Below are positions 9,545 through 19,598 of a DNA stretch of 64,000 bases, one piece after another. Position 1 is the first letter of the stretch; every line of letters starts with the position of its first letter. The notes under the pieces were generated by a model that was given only the letters and a program-made list of their open reading frames with translations, had not been told where the DNA came from and did not search any database. The position numbers and the translations under genes are program-made. This stretch comes from Lachnospiraceae bacterium (GTDB lineage Bacteria > Bacillota > Clostridia > Lachnospirales > Lachnospiraceae). The DNA is taken from assembly GCA_014803415.1 (NCBI GenBank), contig JAAVBZ010000023.1, forward strand, positions 80,749-144,748. Reading direction: 5' to 3'.

Positions 9545-10964
9545 GTTTGGTACCGGCGGCTGGAGAGCTGTGATAGGCGATGAATTTACCAAAGAAAATA
9601 TTCAGATACTGGCACGGGCGATGGCGGATAAAATGCGCGTGGAAGGAGTAGCAGAAAAAGGAATCGTTATCGGTTACGACAGAAGATTCCTTTCAAAGGA
9701 AGCAATGCAGTGGGCCGGACAGGTCTTTGCAAAAGAGGGGATCACGGCTTATCTGATCAATAAGTCAGCGCCGACTCCGCTGGTCATGTTCTATGTGATG
9801 AAGCATGAATTTCCCTATGGAATGATGGTTACAGCAAGCCATAACCCGGCGATCTATAACGGGATCAAGGTATTTACAGCCGGCGGACGGGATGCGGATG
9901 AAACACAGACCGCGGAAATTGAAAGTTATATCCGGGATGTGACAGATATTCCCCCGGAAGAGATGGAATATGAAGAGGCCCTTCAGAAAGGACTGATTCA
10001 GGAAATTTATCCTTTAAATGAATATCTGGATAATATCATTGCAGCCGTAGATATGGAAAAGATCAGAAATGCAGGCCTTAAGGTGGCGTTGGATCCTATG
10101 TATGGCGTCAGCGAGACATCCTTAAAGACCATCCTGCTGACTGCCAGATGCGATGTGGAAACCATTCATGAAAGGCACGACACGCTTTTTGGAGGAAAGC
10201 TTCCGGCGCCTACGGCTACAACGCTGCGTGCGCTGCAGAACTATGTGATCGATAAAAAAAGCGATATCGGTATCGCTACAGACGGAGATGCCGACAGGAT
10301 CGGTGTGATCGATGATACCGGCAGGTTCCTTCATCCCAACGATATCCTTGTGCTCCTCTATTATTATCTTGTTAAGTACAAAGGCTGGAAAGGCCCCGTG
10401 GTACGGAATATCTGTACCACCCATATGCTGGATAAGGTAGCGGAAAGATTCGGTGAAAAGTGTTATGAGGTACCTGTAGGCTTTAAACATATTTCCGCGA
10501 AAATGTACGCCACAGATGCAGTGATCGGAGGGGAGTCTTCAGGCGGTCTTACCGTGCGCGGGCATATTAAAGGAAAGGATGGTATCTATGCAGCAGCGCT
10601 TCTGGTGGAAATGATCGCCGTAACAGGGAAAAAGCTGTCTGAGATCGTTAAGGATATTGAAAAAGAATGCGGCACCATATCGATGGAAGAGAGAGATTAC
10701 AAGTTTAACCAGGAGAAAAAAGACAACATACGCAAAGTATTGCTTGAGGAGAAAAAGCTGCCGGATCTTCCTTTTGAGATTGCAGACATCTCTTATCTGG
10801 ACGGAAGTAAAGTGTATTTTGCAAACGGCGGATGGGTAACGGCCAGATTCTCCGGTACAGAACCGCTTCTTCGTATTTTCTGTGAAATGCCGGTTAAGGA
10901 AGAGGCAGTACAGGTGTGCGGAATTTATGAGGACTTCTTGGGACTGAAGCCTGCAGCACCATAA
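9537..10964 (+). CDS. Alpha-D-phosphohexomutase (probable GlcNAc-1-P mutase)
   Basis: FGTGGWR, catalytic TASHNP, DGDADR, GGESSGG, RFSGTEP; overlaps chbP stop. Confidence 0.9.
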   Translation: MIKFGTGGWRAVIGDEFTKENIQILARAMADKMRVEGVAEKGIVIGYDRRFLSKEAMQWAGQVFAKEGITAYLINKSAPTPLVMFYVMKHEFPYGMMVTASHNPAIYNGIKVFTAGGRDADETQTAEIESYIRDVTDIPPEEMEYEEALQKGLIQEIYPLNEYLDNIIAAVDMEKIRNAGLKVALDPMYGVSETSLKTILLTARCDVETIHERHDTLFGGKLPAPTATTLRALQNYVIDKKSDIGIATDGDADRIGVIDDTGRFLHPNDILVLLYYYLVKYKGWKGPVVRNICTTHMLDKVAERFGEKCYEVPVGFKHISAKMYATDAVIGGESSGGLTVRGHIKGKDGIYAAALLVEMIAVTGKKLSEIVKDIEKECGTISMEERDYKFNQEKKDNIRKVLLEEKKLPDLPFEIADISYLDGSKVYFANGGWVTARFSGTEPLLRIFCEMPVKEEAVQVCGIYEDFLGLKPAAP

Positions 10965-11079
10965 GAGTAAAGATAAATAATGAGAATTTATATGACAGGC
11001 AGGGATTGCAGAAGGCGTTCCCTGCCTGCTATACTTATCCTGTGCATTTGTATCCGGCAGTATGAAGGAGGATAATGGT

Positions 11080-12810
11080 ATGATAAAAAGAAGACAGTTA
11101 AAATGGAGCATGATCGCAATGCTGGCAGTGTGCTGGTTTATTCCCCTTATGATCTTGTCGGTGACAGTTTTTTTTATCGTAGAGGCTAATATCAATAAGC
11201 AGCTTGAAAATACCATCGTTACTTCTGCCGACAGAGTAGTTGAGATCTGTCAGATGAAGATCGATGATGTGATCGTGGCTTCCAAGGCCTCATCTTATAT
11301 ATCAACCATAAAAAAGAGCTATGCAGAATACCTGAAAGACGGAAATGAATATGAGCTGAATCAGGAAGTAACGCTTTTTATGTCTCAGCAGTATCGCTAT
11401 AATACCAATCTGAATCTGACAGCCCTTTATTTTACCAGTGACCCGGAGGATATTTATTACTGCTATATCAATAACAATACAGTTACCTATTCGGCGGTGC
11501 AGGCGTTTAAGGATAATGCGAAGGATATTATACAGAAACATGCTCCTTCCATTGATACAGATGTTTCTTTTATGAATATCGGGGGCAGGGTATATCTGAT
11601 CAGAAATATCATGGACAGCAGCTTTCATCCTTATGCGGTGATCGTCATGGAGCTGAACATGGAAAATATTCTGTCAAATCTTGACGGTGTATGGGCGTTT
11701 AAAGAAGGAGATCTGTTTGTGGACGGCGTATCGCTGATCAATCCGCAAAAGGAGGATCCCTGTTATAATGATTTCCCGGAGCGTATTATGAAAAAGAGCC
11801 ACTATGAGCATAATATGACACAGGATTATGTGTATAAAAAGGTGGAAAGGAACAGGCATTTCTTTTCCTATATGGTATATCTTGACTCCTCTGCCATCAT
11901 CAGTGAGATGGATACCATAAAATATGTGTTTTACCTGCTGTTAGTTTTTATGATTCCGCTGATCATAGTGGTATTCTGGTTCTTTCACAGTCGTGTAAAT
12001 ATGCCGATCAGGGTGCTGAGGAAAGCATACAAGGAAATTGAAAAAGAAAATTACGGTTATCAGATCAATGTAGATACCAGTGATGAGGAATTTTACGAAC
12101 TGGGCAATGCTTTTAACAGCATGTCGGATACATTGAAAAATCAGTTTGAAAAAAACTATCTGGAGGAGCTGGCGCTTAAAGATGCCAATATCATGGCGCT
12201 TCAATCCCAGATCAATCCTCATTTTCTGAATAATACCCTGGAGATCATCAACTGGGAAGCAAGACTCACAGGAAATTACAAGGTCAGCAATATGATAGGA
12301 GCGCTGTCCACCATGCTGGAGGCTACTATGGACAGGAAAAAGGAACAGCTCATTCCTCTGGCAGAAGAATTCAGTTATGTAGAGGCATATTTATACATTA
12401 TTGGACAGAGATTCGGCGACAATTTTTCGGTGGAAAAGGAAATTGATGAAAGTCTTTTAAGTGAAAAAGTGCCCAGACTGATCATCCAGCCTATTGTGGA
12501 AAATGCGGTGGAGCACGGCATGGATATCAGGCGGCGGGGAAAAATAAAGATCACTATACGAAAAGAAAATGAAATGCTTTTCATAGAGGTCATGGATAAC
12601 GGTCATCTGACCGGGGAGTCAAAGGAAAAAATCGATAAACTGCTGAGTGCAGATAATACTGAAGAAACATCATCTTTAAGTCTGGGAATCCGTAATGTTA
12701 ACAAGAGATTGAAGATCATATACGGGCCGGAATGCGGACTCACCATAAAAAGTAACAAGGAAAATCATACTGTAAGCACAATTATGGTCAAAATTAACAA
12801 AGAACAATAA
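11080..12810 (+). CDS. YesM-like sensor histidine kinase
   Basis: Two TMs, HAMP, LQSQINPHFLNNTL, QPIVENAVEHG, DNG, GIRNV. Confidence 0.92.
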   Translation: MIKRRQLKWSMIAMLAVCWFIPLMILSVTVFFIVEANINKQLENTIVTSADRVVEICQMKIDDVIVASKASSYISTIKKSYAEYLKDGNEYELNQEVTLFMSQQYRYNTNLNLTALYFTSDPEDIYYCYINNNTVTYSAVQAFKDNAKDIIQKHAPSIDTDVSFMNIGGRVYLIRNIMDSSFHPYAVIVMELNMENILSNLDGVWAFKEGDLFVDGVSLINPQKEDPCYNDFPERIMKKSHYEHNMTQDYVYKKVERNRHFFSYMVYLDSSAIISEMDTIKYVFYLLLVFMIPLIIVVFWFFHSRVNMPIRVLRKAYKEIEKENYGYQINVDTSDEEFYELGNAFNSMSDTLKNQFEKNYLEELALKDANIMALQSQINPHFLNNTLEIINWEARLTGNYKVSNMIGALSTMLEATMDRKKEQLIPLAEEFSYVEAYLYIIGQRFGDNFSVEKEIDESLLSEKVPRLIIQPIVENAVEHGMDIRRRGKIKITIRKENEMLFIEVMDNGHLTGESKEKIDKLLSADNTEETSSLSLGIRNVNKRLKIIYGPECGLTIKSNKENHTVSTIMVKINKEQ

Positions 12811-12865
12811 AAGACAAATAATCACAACTCTAATCATTAACCTTTGTCTCCCAATATTATATGAT
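12804..12865 (+). promoter_or_regulatory. Activator site plus -10 of the ABC operon
   Basis: ACAATAAAAGACAAATAATCACA lies 33 nt before TATGAT at 12860, same geometry as at 7037. Confidence 0.6.
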
Positions 12866-12916
12866 GAATACAGATGAAATATAGACATCAAAAATAAATT
12901 TTAGGGAGGAAATACA

Positions 12917-14332
12917 ATGAAAAAAAGAGTATTAGCACTCATTCTTGCATCTACCATGGTATTTTCACTGGCAGCATGCGGAAGCAAAGATGCAGGAAGC
13001 AGCCAGCCGGCAGCAGAGACTGGCAGCGCAGCAGAAGATACTGCCAGCCAGGAAGAAACACAGCCTGAGGCTGAGGCAGAACCGGCAGCAGAAGCAAAGC
13101 CTGTTGAACTGAATGTTACAACAACATTTGCAGGTGAGGACGGAAATGCACAGAACTTTAAATCAGCTGTTGAAGCATGGTGTGCCCAGACAGGAAACAC
13201 TGTAGCAGATTCATCTGCAACTTCAGATGAAACATTCAAGGCACGTGTGGTTACAGACTTTGAGACAGGCTCAGAAGCAGACGTATTGTTCTTCTTTAAC
13301 GGAGCTGATGCAAACAGCTTTATCGAAGCAGGCAAGGTTGTTCCTATCGATGATATCCGTGCAGAATATCCTGAATACGCAAGCAACATGAATGATGACC
13401 TGATCACAGGTTCATTAGTAGACGGAAAGAAATATGCAGTTCCTGTAAACGGATATTGGGAAGCAATGTTCGTTAACACAGAAGTTCTTGATGCAGCAGG
13501 TGTTGAAGTCCCCGGCGCAGGCTATACATGGGATCAGTTCATGGAAGACTGCCAGAAGATCAAAGATGCAGGTTATGCACCGATCGCATGCGCACTTGGC
13601 AATATCCCTCATTACTGGTGGGAGTTCGCAATCTTTAATCATACATCACCTGAAACACATCTTCAGGTTCCTGAATCTATAGACAGCGAGCAGGGCCAGG
13701 CATGGGTAGCAGGTATGGAAGATATCAAGGCTTTATACGAAGCAGGTTTCTTCCCGGATAATACTTTATCAGCAACAGATGATGAAACATTTGCAATGTT
13801 TACTGAAGGTAAGGCAGCATTCCTTATTGACGGTTCCTGGAAAGTCGGCGGTATCGTAAGTGCCTGCCAGTCAGACCCTGAAGATGCTTCTACACTGGAT
13901 GCAGAGAAACTTGCAAAATTTGACGTAACATATGTACCCGGCCAGGGCAACAGAAAAGCAACCGATCTGATCGGCGGACTTTCCATGGGTTACTACATCT
14001 CAACAAAGGCTTGGGAAGATCCTGATAAGAGAGCTGCAGCAGTAAGCTTCGTAGAATACATGACATCTGATGAGATCGTTCCTGTGTTCTCACAGCATAC
14101 AGCATCTGCACTGAAGAATGCACCTGCTGTTGATGAATCCGCATTCAATCCTTTACAGGTAAAGGCTATGAAGATGATGTCAGGCGTTACTTCCCTGACA
14201 GGCGCAGTACAGGATATGTTCATGGGCGAATGCAGAGTATCCACATTTGACGGAATGCCCGAGATCGTTACCGGCAAGGTATCAGCAGAAGACGCTGTAT
14301 CAGAAGGTATCGAAGCATATCAGGCACAGTAA
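12917..14332 (+). CDS. Carbohydrate ABC transporter solute-binding lipoprotein
   Basis: Lipobox LAAC, acidic linker, DGKKYAVP, GKAAFLIDGSW. Confidence 0.92.
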   Translation: MKKRVLALILASTMVFSLAACGSKDAGSSQPAAETGSAAEDTASQEETQPEAEAEPAAEAKPVELNVTTTFAGEDGNAQNFKSAVEAWCAQTGNTVADSSATSDETFKARVVTDFETGSEADVLFFFNGADANSFIEAGKVVPIDDIRAEYPEYASNMNDDLITGSLVDGKKYAVPVNGYWEAMFVNTEVLDAAGVEVPGAGYTWDQFMEDCQKIKDAGYAPIACALGNIPHYWWEFAIFNHTSPETHLQVPESIDSEQGQAWVAGMEDIKALYEAGFFPDNTLSATDDETFAMFTEGKAAFLIDGSWKVGGIVSACQSDPEDASTLDAEKLAKFDVTYVPGQGNRKATDLIGGLSMGYYISTKAWEDPDKRAAAVSFVEYMTSDEIVPVFSQHTASALKNAPAVDESAFNPLQVKAMKMMSGVTSLTGAVQDMFMGECRVSTFDGMPEIVTGKVSAEDAVSEGIEAYQAQ

Positions 14333-14354
14333 TTGAATTAACACTCAGGTTCAA

Positions 14355-14390
14355 AAGGGCCAAAGACGTAAGGTCTTTGGCCCTTCTTTA
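14355..14390 (+). terminator. Intergenic stem-loop after SBP (partial terminator or mRNA stabiliser)
   Basis: AAGGGCCAAAGAC-GTAAG-GTCTTTGGCCCTT 13-bp stem. Confidence 0.7.
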
Positions 14391-14408
14391 TAAAGGAAGG
14401 TGGCTGTT

Positions 14409-15296
14409 ATGGGCGCAAATATATATAAAAATAAAAAACCACTGATTTTTTTCCTGCTTCCTGCTTTTCTTTTTATGATCGTTTATCTGTATTATCCATT
14501 CTTTAAAAACATTCTTCTCAGTTTCCAGCAGGTCAAAAGACTGGGAATGAGCAGCGGTCCGTGGAACAATCCGTGGTATGAAAATTACCAGAGGATGGTA
14601 ACGGATTCTGAAGTCTGGACATCACTGAAAAATACACTGATCATGATGGTGGTTACTATTGTAGGCCAGGTGGGTATTGCACTGATCCTGGCGCTTATGG
14701 TAGATAATATCAGGGCAGGGGCCAAGTTTTTCCGTACTGTTTACTTTTTCCCTATCGTTATATCCGCAACAGCTTTGGGACTTTTATTTAATCTGATTTT
14801 CCTTTATGATAAGGGTATGCTCAATCAGATTTTGGAAACATTGGGGAAAACAACGCTGACGGACTGGAAAGATGAGAAGCACGCACTTTTTACTATGATG
14901 CTGCCGGTTATGTGGCAGTATGTAGGATTCTATTTTGTAATACTGATCACAGGATTAAACAATATTTCAGAAGAGCTCTATGAGTCGGCTTCTATAGACG
15001 GAGCCACCAGATTACAGAGGATCAGGTATATTTCTTTGCCGCTGTTACATAATGTGATCTGTACCTGTGTAGTACTTGCGGTAACGGGAGCGCTTAAGGT
15101 ATTCGACCTGCCGTGGACCATGTTCCCCAAGGGCATGCCGCTTAAGTCAACTTTCCTGACAGGAACCTACATGTATTATCAGACTATGAATGCATCGGAT
15201 GTGGATTATGCTTCAACGCTGGCAATCCTTCTGGTGGTTCTTGGCGTAGTGGTTTCGAAAGTAGTAAATCTGATCTTCAGAGAAAAAGATTATTAA
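14409..15296 (+). CDS. Carbohydrate ABC transporter permease
   Basis: EAA-type loop ELYESASIDGA, multiple TMs. Confidence 0.92.
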   Translation: MGANIYKNKKPLIFFLLPAFLFMIVYLYYPFFKNILLSFQQVKRLGMSSGPWNNPWYENYQRMVTDSEVWTSLKNTLIMMVVTIVGQVGIALILALMVDNIRAGAKFFRTVYFFPIVISATALGLLFNLIFLYDKGMLNQILETLGKTTLTDWKDEKHALFTMMLPVMWQYVGFYFVILITGLNNISEELYESASIDGATRLQRIRYISLPLLHNVICTCVVLAVTGALKVFDLPWTMFPKGMPLKSTFLTGTYMYYQTMNASDVDYASTLAILLVVLGVVVSKVVNLIFREKDY

Positions 15297-15311
15297 GAGG
15301 AGGAATCAGTT

Positions 15312-16169
15312 ATGAAAAAGAAAAAAATAAATTTATCCTCTGTAATCATATATTTTATCCTTATTTTTTGGTCGCTTACGACCATTTACCCGATCATTTG
15401 GGTTATTCAGAATTCCTTTAAGGGAAAGGATAAGATTTTAGCCAATTCTTTTGCAATCCCTACAGGAGATTTGTTTACACTGGCAAATTACCGGAAAGCC
15501 TTCAGTAATCTGGATATTTTCAGCGGATATCGGAACAGTATCTTTATATCTGCTATAGTAGCTGTTTCAGTTGTAGTCCTGGCAGGTATGGCATCTTTTG
15601 CGCTGGTGCGCTATACTTTTAAATTAAAGGGATTTTTACAGTCACTGGTAATGGCTGCTATGATGTTTCCTGTGTTTGCCACCATTATTCCTGTATTTAA
15701 CATGGAATTTAGCTGGGGAATTGCCAATACCAGCAGCTGGGGGCTTACGATGCTTTCCGTGATCCTGCCGCAGATAGCGGGAAATCTGTCCTTTGCCATT
15801 GTGGTTTTGACAGGATTCATCAGAGGACTGCCTCTTGAACTGGAGGAAGCAGCATACATGGAAGGGTGTAATGCTTTCCAGATCTTCTTTAAAGTAGTGG
15901 TACCTCTTACCAAACCTTCTTTTGCAACAGTAGCGATTTTTTCATTTTTGTGGAGTTACAATGATCTGTTTACACAGATGTTCTTCTTAAGGACCAAGAA
16001 AATGTGGGGTATTACAGTGTTGCTGAATCAGCTGACATCTCAGGAAGGTACTAATTACGGTCTGATGGCAGCAGCGGTAACGCTGGTGGTGGTACCGGTG
16101 GTAATCGTTTATATTTTCCTGCAGAAATACATTATTAAAGGTATGACGGCAGGTGCGATCAAAGGTTAA
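15312..16169 (+). CDS. Carbohydrate ABC transporter permease
   Basis: ELEEAAYMEG loop, terminal GMTAGAIKG. Confidence 0.92.
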   Translation: MKKKKINLSSVIIYFILIFWSLTTIYPIIWVIQNSFKGKDKILANSFAIPTGDLFTLANYRKAFSNLDIFSGYRNSIFISAIVAVSVVVLAGMASFALVRYTFKLKGFLQSLVMAAMMFPVFATIIPVFNMEFSWGIANTSSWGLTMLSVILPQIAGNLSFAIVVLTGFIRGLPLELEEAAYMEGCNAFQIFFKVVVPLTKPSFATVAIFSFLWSYNDLFTQMFFLRTKKMWGITVLLNQLTSQEGTNYGLMAAAVTLVVVPVVIVYIFLQKYIIKGMTAGAIKG

Positions 16170-16177
16170 ACAAAATT

Positions 16178-16936
16178 ATGTATAAAGTAGTGATTATTGA
16201 TGATGAACCGATCATAGTGGAAGGGCTGAGCAGAAGTATTGACTGGGAGGCCGTCCATTGTTATGTGGCAGGTACTGCCTATAATGGAGAAGAGGGGCTT
16301 AAGCTGATCAGAAGCGAAAAACCCGATATGGTCTTTTCCGATATCAGAATGCCCTATATGGACGGACTGTCGATGATAGCTGCTATTAAGTCGGAATTTC
16401 CTGATATTCAGATCACCATACTTACAGGGTACAGGGATTTTGATTATGCGCAGAAAGCGATCCGATTAGGCGTTTGCAGATTTCTTTTAAAGCCTTCTAA
16501 AATGGATGAGATCATGGAAGCGCTGGAGGCTATGACAGGCAAGCTTAATACCAACAGAGAAAAAGAACCGGCTGAGGAAGGGCAGGCTGCGGAAGAAGAG
16601 ATATTGGACAGCACGGCGAGTAGTTTTGTCGTTAATAATGCAGTTGCCTATATCGAAGAACATTATCAGGAAAAATTGAAACTTTCAGATGTGGCAGACC
16701 AGGTTTATGTAAGTCAATGGCACTTAAGCAAACTTATGAACCGTTATCTGGGACAGAATTTCTCAGAGATATTAAACGGTATCAGGATCGATAAGGCAAA
16801 GGAACTGCTGAAAGATCCCTCGCTTCGCATCGGAGATATAGCAGATGCTGTGGGTTTTATGGACATGGCACATTTTTCAAGGGTCTTTAAAAAGACAGTT
16901 GGAATTTCTGCCAACGAATACAGAAATCATTTATAG
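16178..16936 (+). CDS. YesN-like response regulator (REC + AraC HTH)
   Basis: IIDDE, SDIRMP, FLLKP; C-terminal VGFMDMAHFSRVFKK. Confidence 0.93.
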   Translation: MYKVVIIDDEPIIVEGLSRSIDWEAVHCYVAGTAYNGEEGLKLIRSEKPDMVFSDIRMPYMDGLSMIAAIKSEFPDIQITILTGYRDFDYAQKAIRLGVCRFLLKPSKMDEIMEALEAMTGKLNTNREKEPAEEGQAAEEEILDSTASSFVVNNAVAYIEEHYQEKLKLSDVADQVYVSQWHLSKLMNRYLGQNFSEILNGIRIDKAKELLKDPSLRIGDIADAVGFMDMAHFSRVFKKTVGISANEYRNHL

Positions 16937-16993
16937 CTTTACCGATAAAACTATGCTATAGTAATAGCATCAATAGTCGGGAGTGGTTGTAAA

Positions 16994-18070
16994 ATGAAGA
17001 AGGCGCTGAAGCGAATCGGAATAGTTGTTATCATATTACTTATAGCAGTCGGAGCTTATGTTGCATACGTATTCGGCACATATTACCGGCTGCCGGACAA
17101 ATTGACTTTGGAAGTCAAGAGAAACGGAGAGAATTCCTACTTTGATAACAATCAGGATATCACTACAGGTAAATTTTACTGGATCATGACTTACAATATT
17201 GGTTTTGGTGCATACCGGAGGGATTACAGCTTTTTTATGGATGGAGGAAAGTCCTCCTGGGCTAAGGATGAAGAAAGCGTGATAGCAGGCATTTGCGGTA
17301 TGGGTGAGATCATCAATAATGTAAATCCCGATTTTGTGCTTTTACAGGAAGTGGATATCGACGGTACCCGTTCCTATCATGTGGACCAGCTGGAATTGAT
17401 GAATCAGTTCGTAAAAGGGTATTATTATACTTATGCACAGGATTATGACTCGCCCTTTTTATTTTTCCCGCCCTGGGAGCCTCACGGAGCCAATGAGGCA
17501 GGAATCGTGACATATTCCAGAAATAAAATAACAGATGCTATGAGAAGAAGCCTGCCGATTTCCGAGTCTTTCAGTAAGCTGGTGGATCTGGACAGATGTT
17601 ATTCCATATCCAGGATTCCTATGGATAATAATAAGTATCTTTGTATTTACAATATTCATATGTCCGCATATGGCAGCAGCGATGCGATCAGAGAGGGCCA
17701 GCTTGCCATGTTGTTTGGGGATATGGAAACAGATTTTAAAAATGGAAATTATGTGATCTGCGGCGGTGATTTTAATCATAATCTGAAAGCGGATAATGAT
17801 GAAAACGCACCGGATTGGGCATTTCCTTTTCCAAAAGAAAGCCTGCCTGACGGCTTTCGAATGGCGATTGACGGAGCCAGAGAAGAGGATATTGCTCATA
17901 ACAGCTGCAGGAACGCCAATGAGCCTTATAATGAGGAAACCACTTATACGGTTACTTTGGACGGATTTATCGTTTCGGATAATGTGACGGTTAACTATTA
18001 TGCTAATATGAACTGGGGATATGAACTTTCTGATCATGATCCCGTTATCATGCAATTCAGATTGGATTAA
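16994..18070 (+). CDS. Membrane-anchored endonuclease/exonuclease/phosphatase family protein
   Basis: TYNIG, LQEVD, GGDFN, SDHDPV; N-terminal TM. Confidence 0.88.
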   Translation: MKKALKRIGIVVIILLIAVGAYVAYVFGTYYRLPDKLTLEVKRNGENSYFDNNQDITTGKFYWIMTYNIGFGAYRRDYSFFMDGGKSSWAKDEESVIAGICGMGEIINNVNPDFVLLQEVDIDGTRSYHVDQLELMNQFVKGYYYTYAQDYDSPFLFFPPWEPHGANEAGIVTYSRNKITDAMRRSLPISESFSKLVDLDRCYSISRIPMDNNKYLCIYNIHMSAYGSSDAIREGQLAMLFGDMETDFKNGNYVICGGDFNHNLKADNDENAPDWAFPFPKESLPDGFRMAIDGAREEDIAHNSCRNANEPYNEETTYTVTLDGFIVSDNVTVNYYANMNWGYELSDHDPVIMQFRLD

Positions 18071-18099
18071 GAATAGAAATGCCATAATCGCACATACTT
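18071..18099 (+). promoter_or_regulatory. sigG-type promoter of spoVAA-AB
   Basis: GAATA-N17-CATACTT. Confidence 0.55.
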
Positions 18100-18133
18100 G
18101 TCTGTAGTACAGAATGAAGAAAGGTGTGATAAA

Positions 18134-18766
18134 ATGGCAGCTAATGCAGTTCTATATTTAAAAGCGCAGCAGAATGCGGAGGTAATGGAAGAGCACGTAT
18201 GTGTAAAAGACATTGCCTCCGTTTATTGTTCTGACAGCAGTATCTGTGCAAAGGTCAGATCCCTTAAGGTCTATTGTTTTTGCGAGGAGAAAAGAAAACG
18301 TCAGGTGATCAGCATCTTAAAGGTAATAGAACTGATCGAAAAAGAATGTCCGGGTGTAATGGTAGAAAATATCGGAGAAACTGCAATATTGATCGAGTTG
18401 GTCAATGTAAATGCGCATAAAGGTCCCATTCAACTGCTAAAGCTTATTTTTGTAGCCTGTATCAGTTTTTTCGGTACCGGATTTACCATCATGGCCTTCC
18501 ATAATGATATCAGTATTAATAAAATATTTGAAAGTGTATATGAACTGGTCATGGGATATCCTTCTGATGGATACAGTATTCTGGAAGTATCATATTCCAT
18601 CGGTATGGCTGTAGGAATCATTGTTTTCTTTAATCATGTAGGCGGAAGAAGGCTGACAAAAGATCCCACGCCGATAGAAGTGGAAATGAAAATCTATGAG
18701 ACTGATGTTAATAAAGCATTGATCGAAACTGCGGACAGGGAGGATAAGACAATTGATGTTTCTTAA
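18134..18766 (+). CDS. spoVAA: Stage V sporulation protein AA
   Basis: FFGTGFTIMAFHNDI, YSIGMAVGIIVFFNH, DPTPIEVEM. Confidence 0.9.
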   Translation: MAANAVLYLKAQQNAEVMEEHVCVKDIASVYCSDSSICAKVRSLKVYCFCEEKRKRQVISILKVIELIEKECPGVMVENIGETAILIELVNVNAHKGPIQLLKLIFVACISFFGTGFTIMAFHNDISINKIFESVYELVMGYPSDGYSILEVSYSIGMAVGIIVFFNHVGGRRLTKDPTPIEVEMKIYETDVNKALIETADREDKTIDVS

Positions 18767-19250
18767 ACAGATCTTGCTGGCAGTCTGCGGCCTTTCTTTC
18801 GGCCTGCTTTCTTCTGCGGGTGTATTTACTGTGCTTGCCTCTGTAGGACTGATTCCGAGATTTGCAGGAAAAATGCATGTAGCGAATAAAGTATTTGCAT
18901 TGGAGGAAGCTGTCGTTTTCGGAACGATAGCAGGTGGTTTTTTTAGTGTTTTTTCTGACTATGGAAAGATTGGAGCATTTGTACTGTCAAGGCAGATATT
19001 CGGCGGAAAAACTGTGCTGATCTGGAAAGCGGCGGGCAATTTATTTTTGATCCTATATGGCTCTTTTGCCGGGATGTTTGTAGGCTGCCTTGCTTTTGCC
19101 ATTGCGGAAATGCTGGATTCCATTCCCATTTTTGCAAGAAGAGTCAGTTTCCGGCATGGGCTTGGGATAGCGGTGGCGGCAGCGGCCGCCGGTAAAGTGG
19201 CAGGAAGTCTGATTTATTTTTCACAGAAAATCTTTTTGTCGGGCAGATAG
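18756..19250 (+). CDS. spoVAB: Stage V sporulation protein AB
   Basis: GVFTVLASVGLIPRFA, GMFVGCLAFAIAEMLDSIPIFARR, GKVAGS; overlaps spoVAA. Confidence 0.9.
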   Translation: MFLKQILLAVCGLSFGLLSSAGVFTVLASVGLIPRFAGKMHVANKVFALEEAVVFGTIAGGFFSVFSDYGKIGAFVLSRQIFGGKTVLIWKAAGNLFLILYGSFAGMFVGCLAFAIAEMLDSIPIFARRVSFRHGLGIAVAAAAAGKVAGSLIYFSQKIFLSGR

Positions 19251-19259
19251 CCGGAGGTA

Positions 19260-19288
19260 TTGAAAAAAAGAGAAAAGTTGATTAAAAT
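19260..19288 (+). promoter_or_regulatory. sigA promoter
   Basis: TTGAAA-N17-TAAAAT. Confidence 0.6.
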
Positions 19289-19319
19289 AAAATGGTATGT
19301 ACAGACAGGAGGAATGGAT

Positions 19320-19556
19320 ATGCGTTCTATGGAATTTAAAATGGAACGACCGGGGCTTCTTAAGGAAGGCGACGAGATTACAGTAACAGAAGGCGTGCTG
19401 CCCAGTAATTATTATTATACCATTGATCCTTCACTTGCCATGTCGGGAAATATTCCCTTCAGAGAGAGACTGAAAGCGAGGGAAGGCAAAGTGACAAGTG
19501 TGATACAGAATGAAAGAGGATTCTATGTAACAGCGGAATTTAATGAAGAGATGTGA
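19320..19556 (+). CDS. Small hypothetical protein
   Basis: GGAGG RBS 7 nt before ATG; 78-aa ORF following a sigA promoter. Confidence 0.7.
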   Translation: MRSMEFKMERPGLLKEGDEITVTEGVLPSNYYYTIDPSLAMSGNIPFRERLKAREGKVTSVIQNERGFYVTAEFNEEM

Positions 19557-19598
19557 GATATACGGCTTTGCCGTTCAAACATAAAGGAGGAAAAGAGT

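Noticed and set aside
10996-11028. Hairpin CAGGCAGGGA...TCCCTGCCTG as an ncRNA
   Set aside because: Single stem without further structure; most simply a weak terminator or stabiliser after the mutase gene
12901-13479. Long antisense ORFs (this one and similar at 10539-11216, 17459-18085, 8876-9394, 59064-59591)
   Set aside because: Shadow frames of well-supported genes, no RBS or motifs
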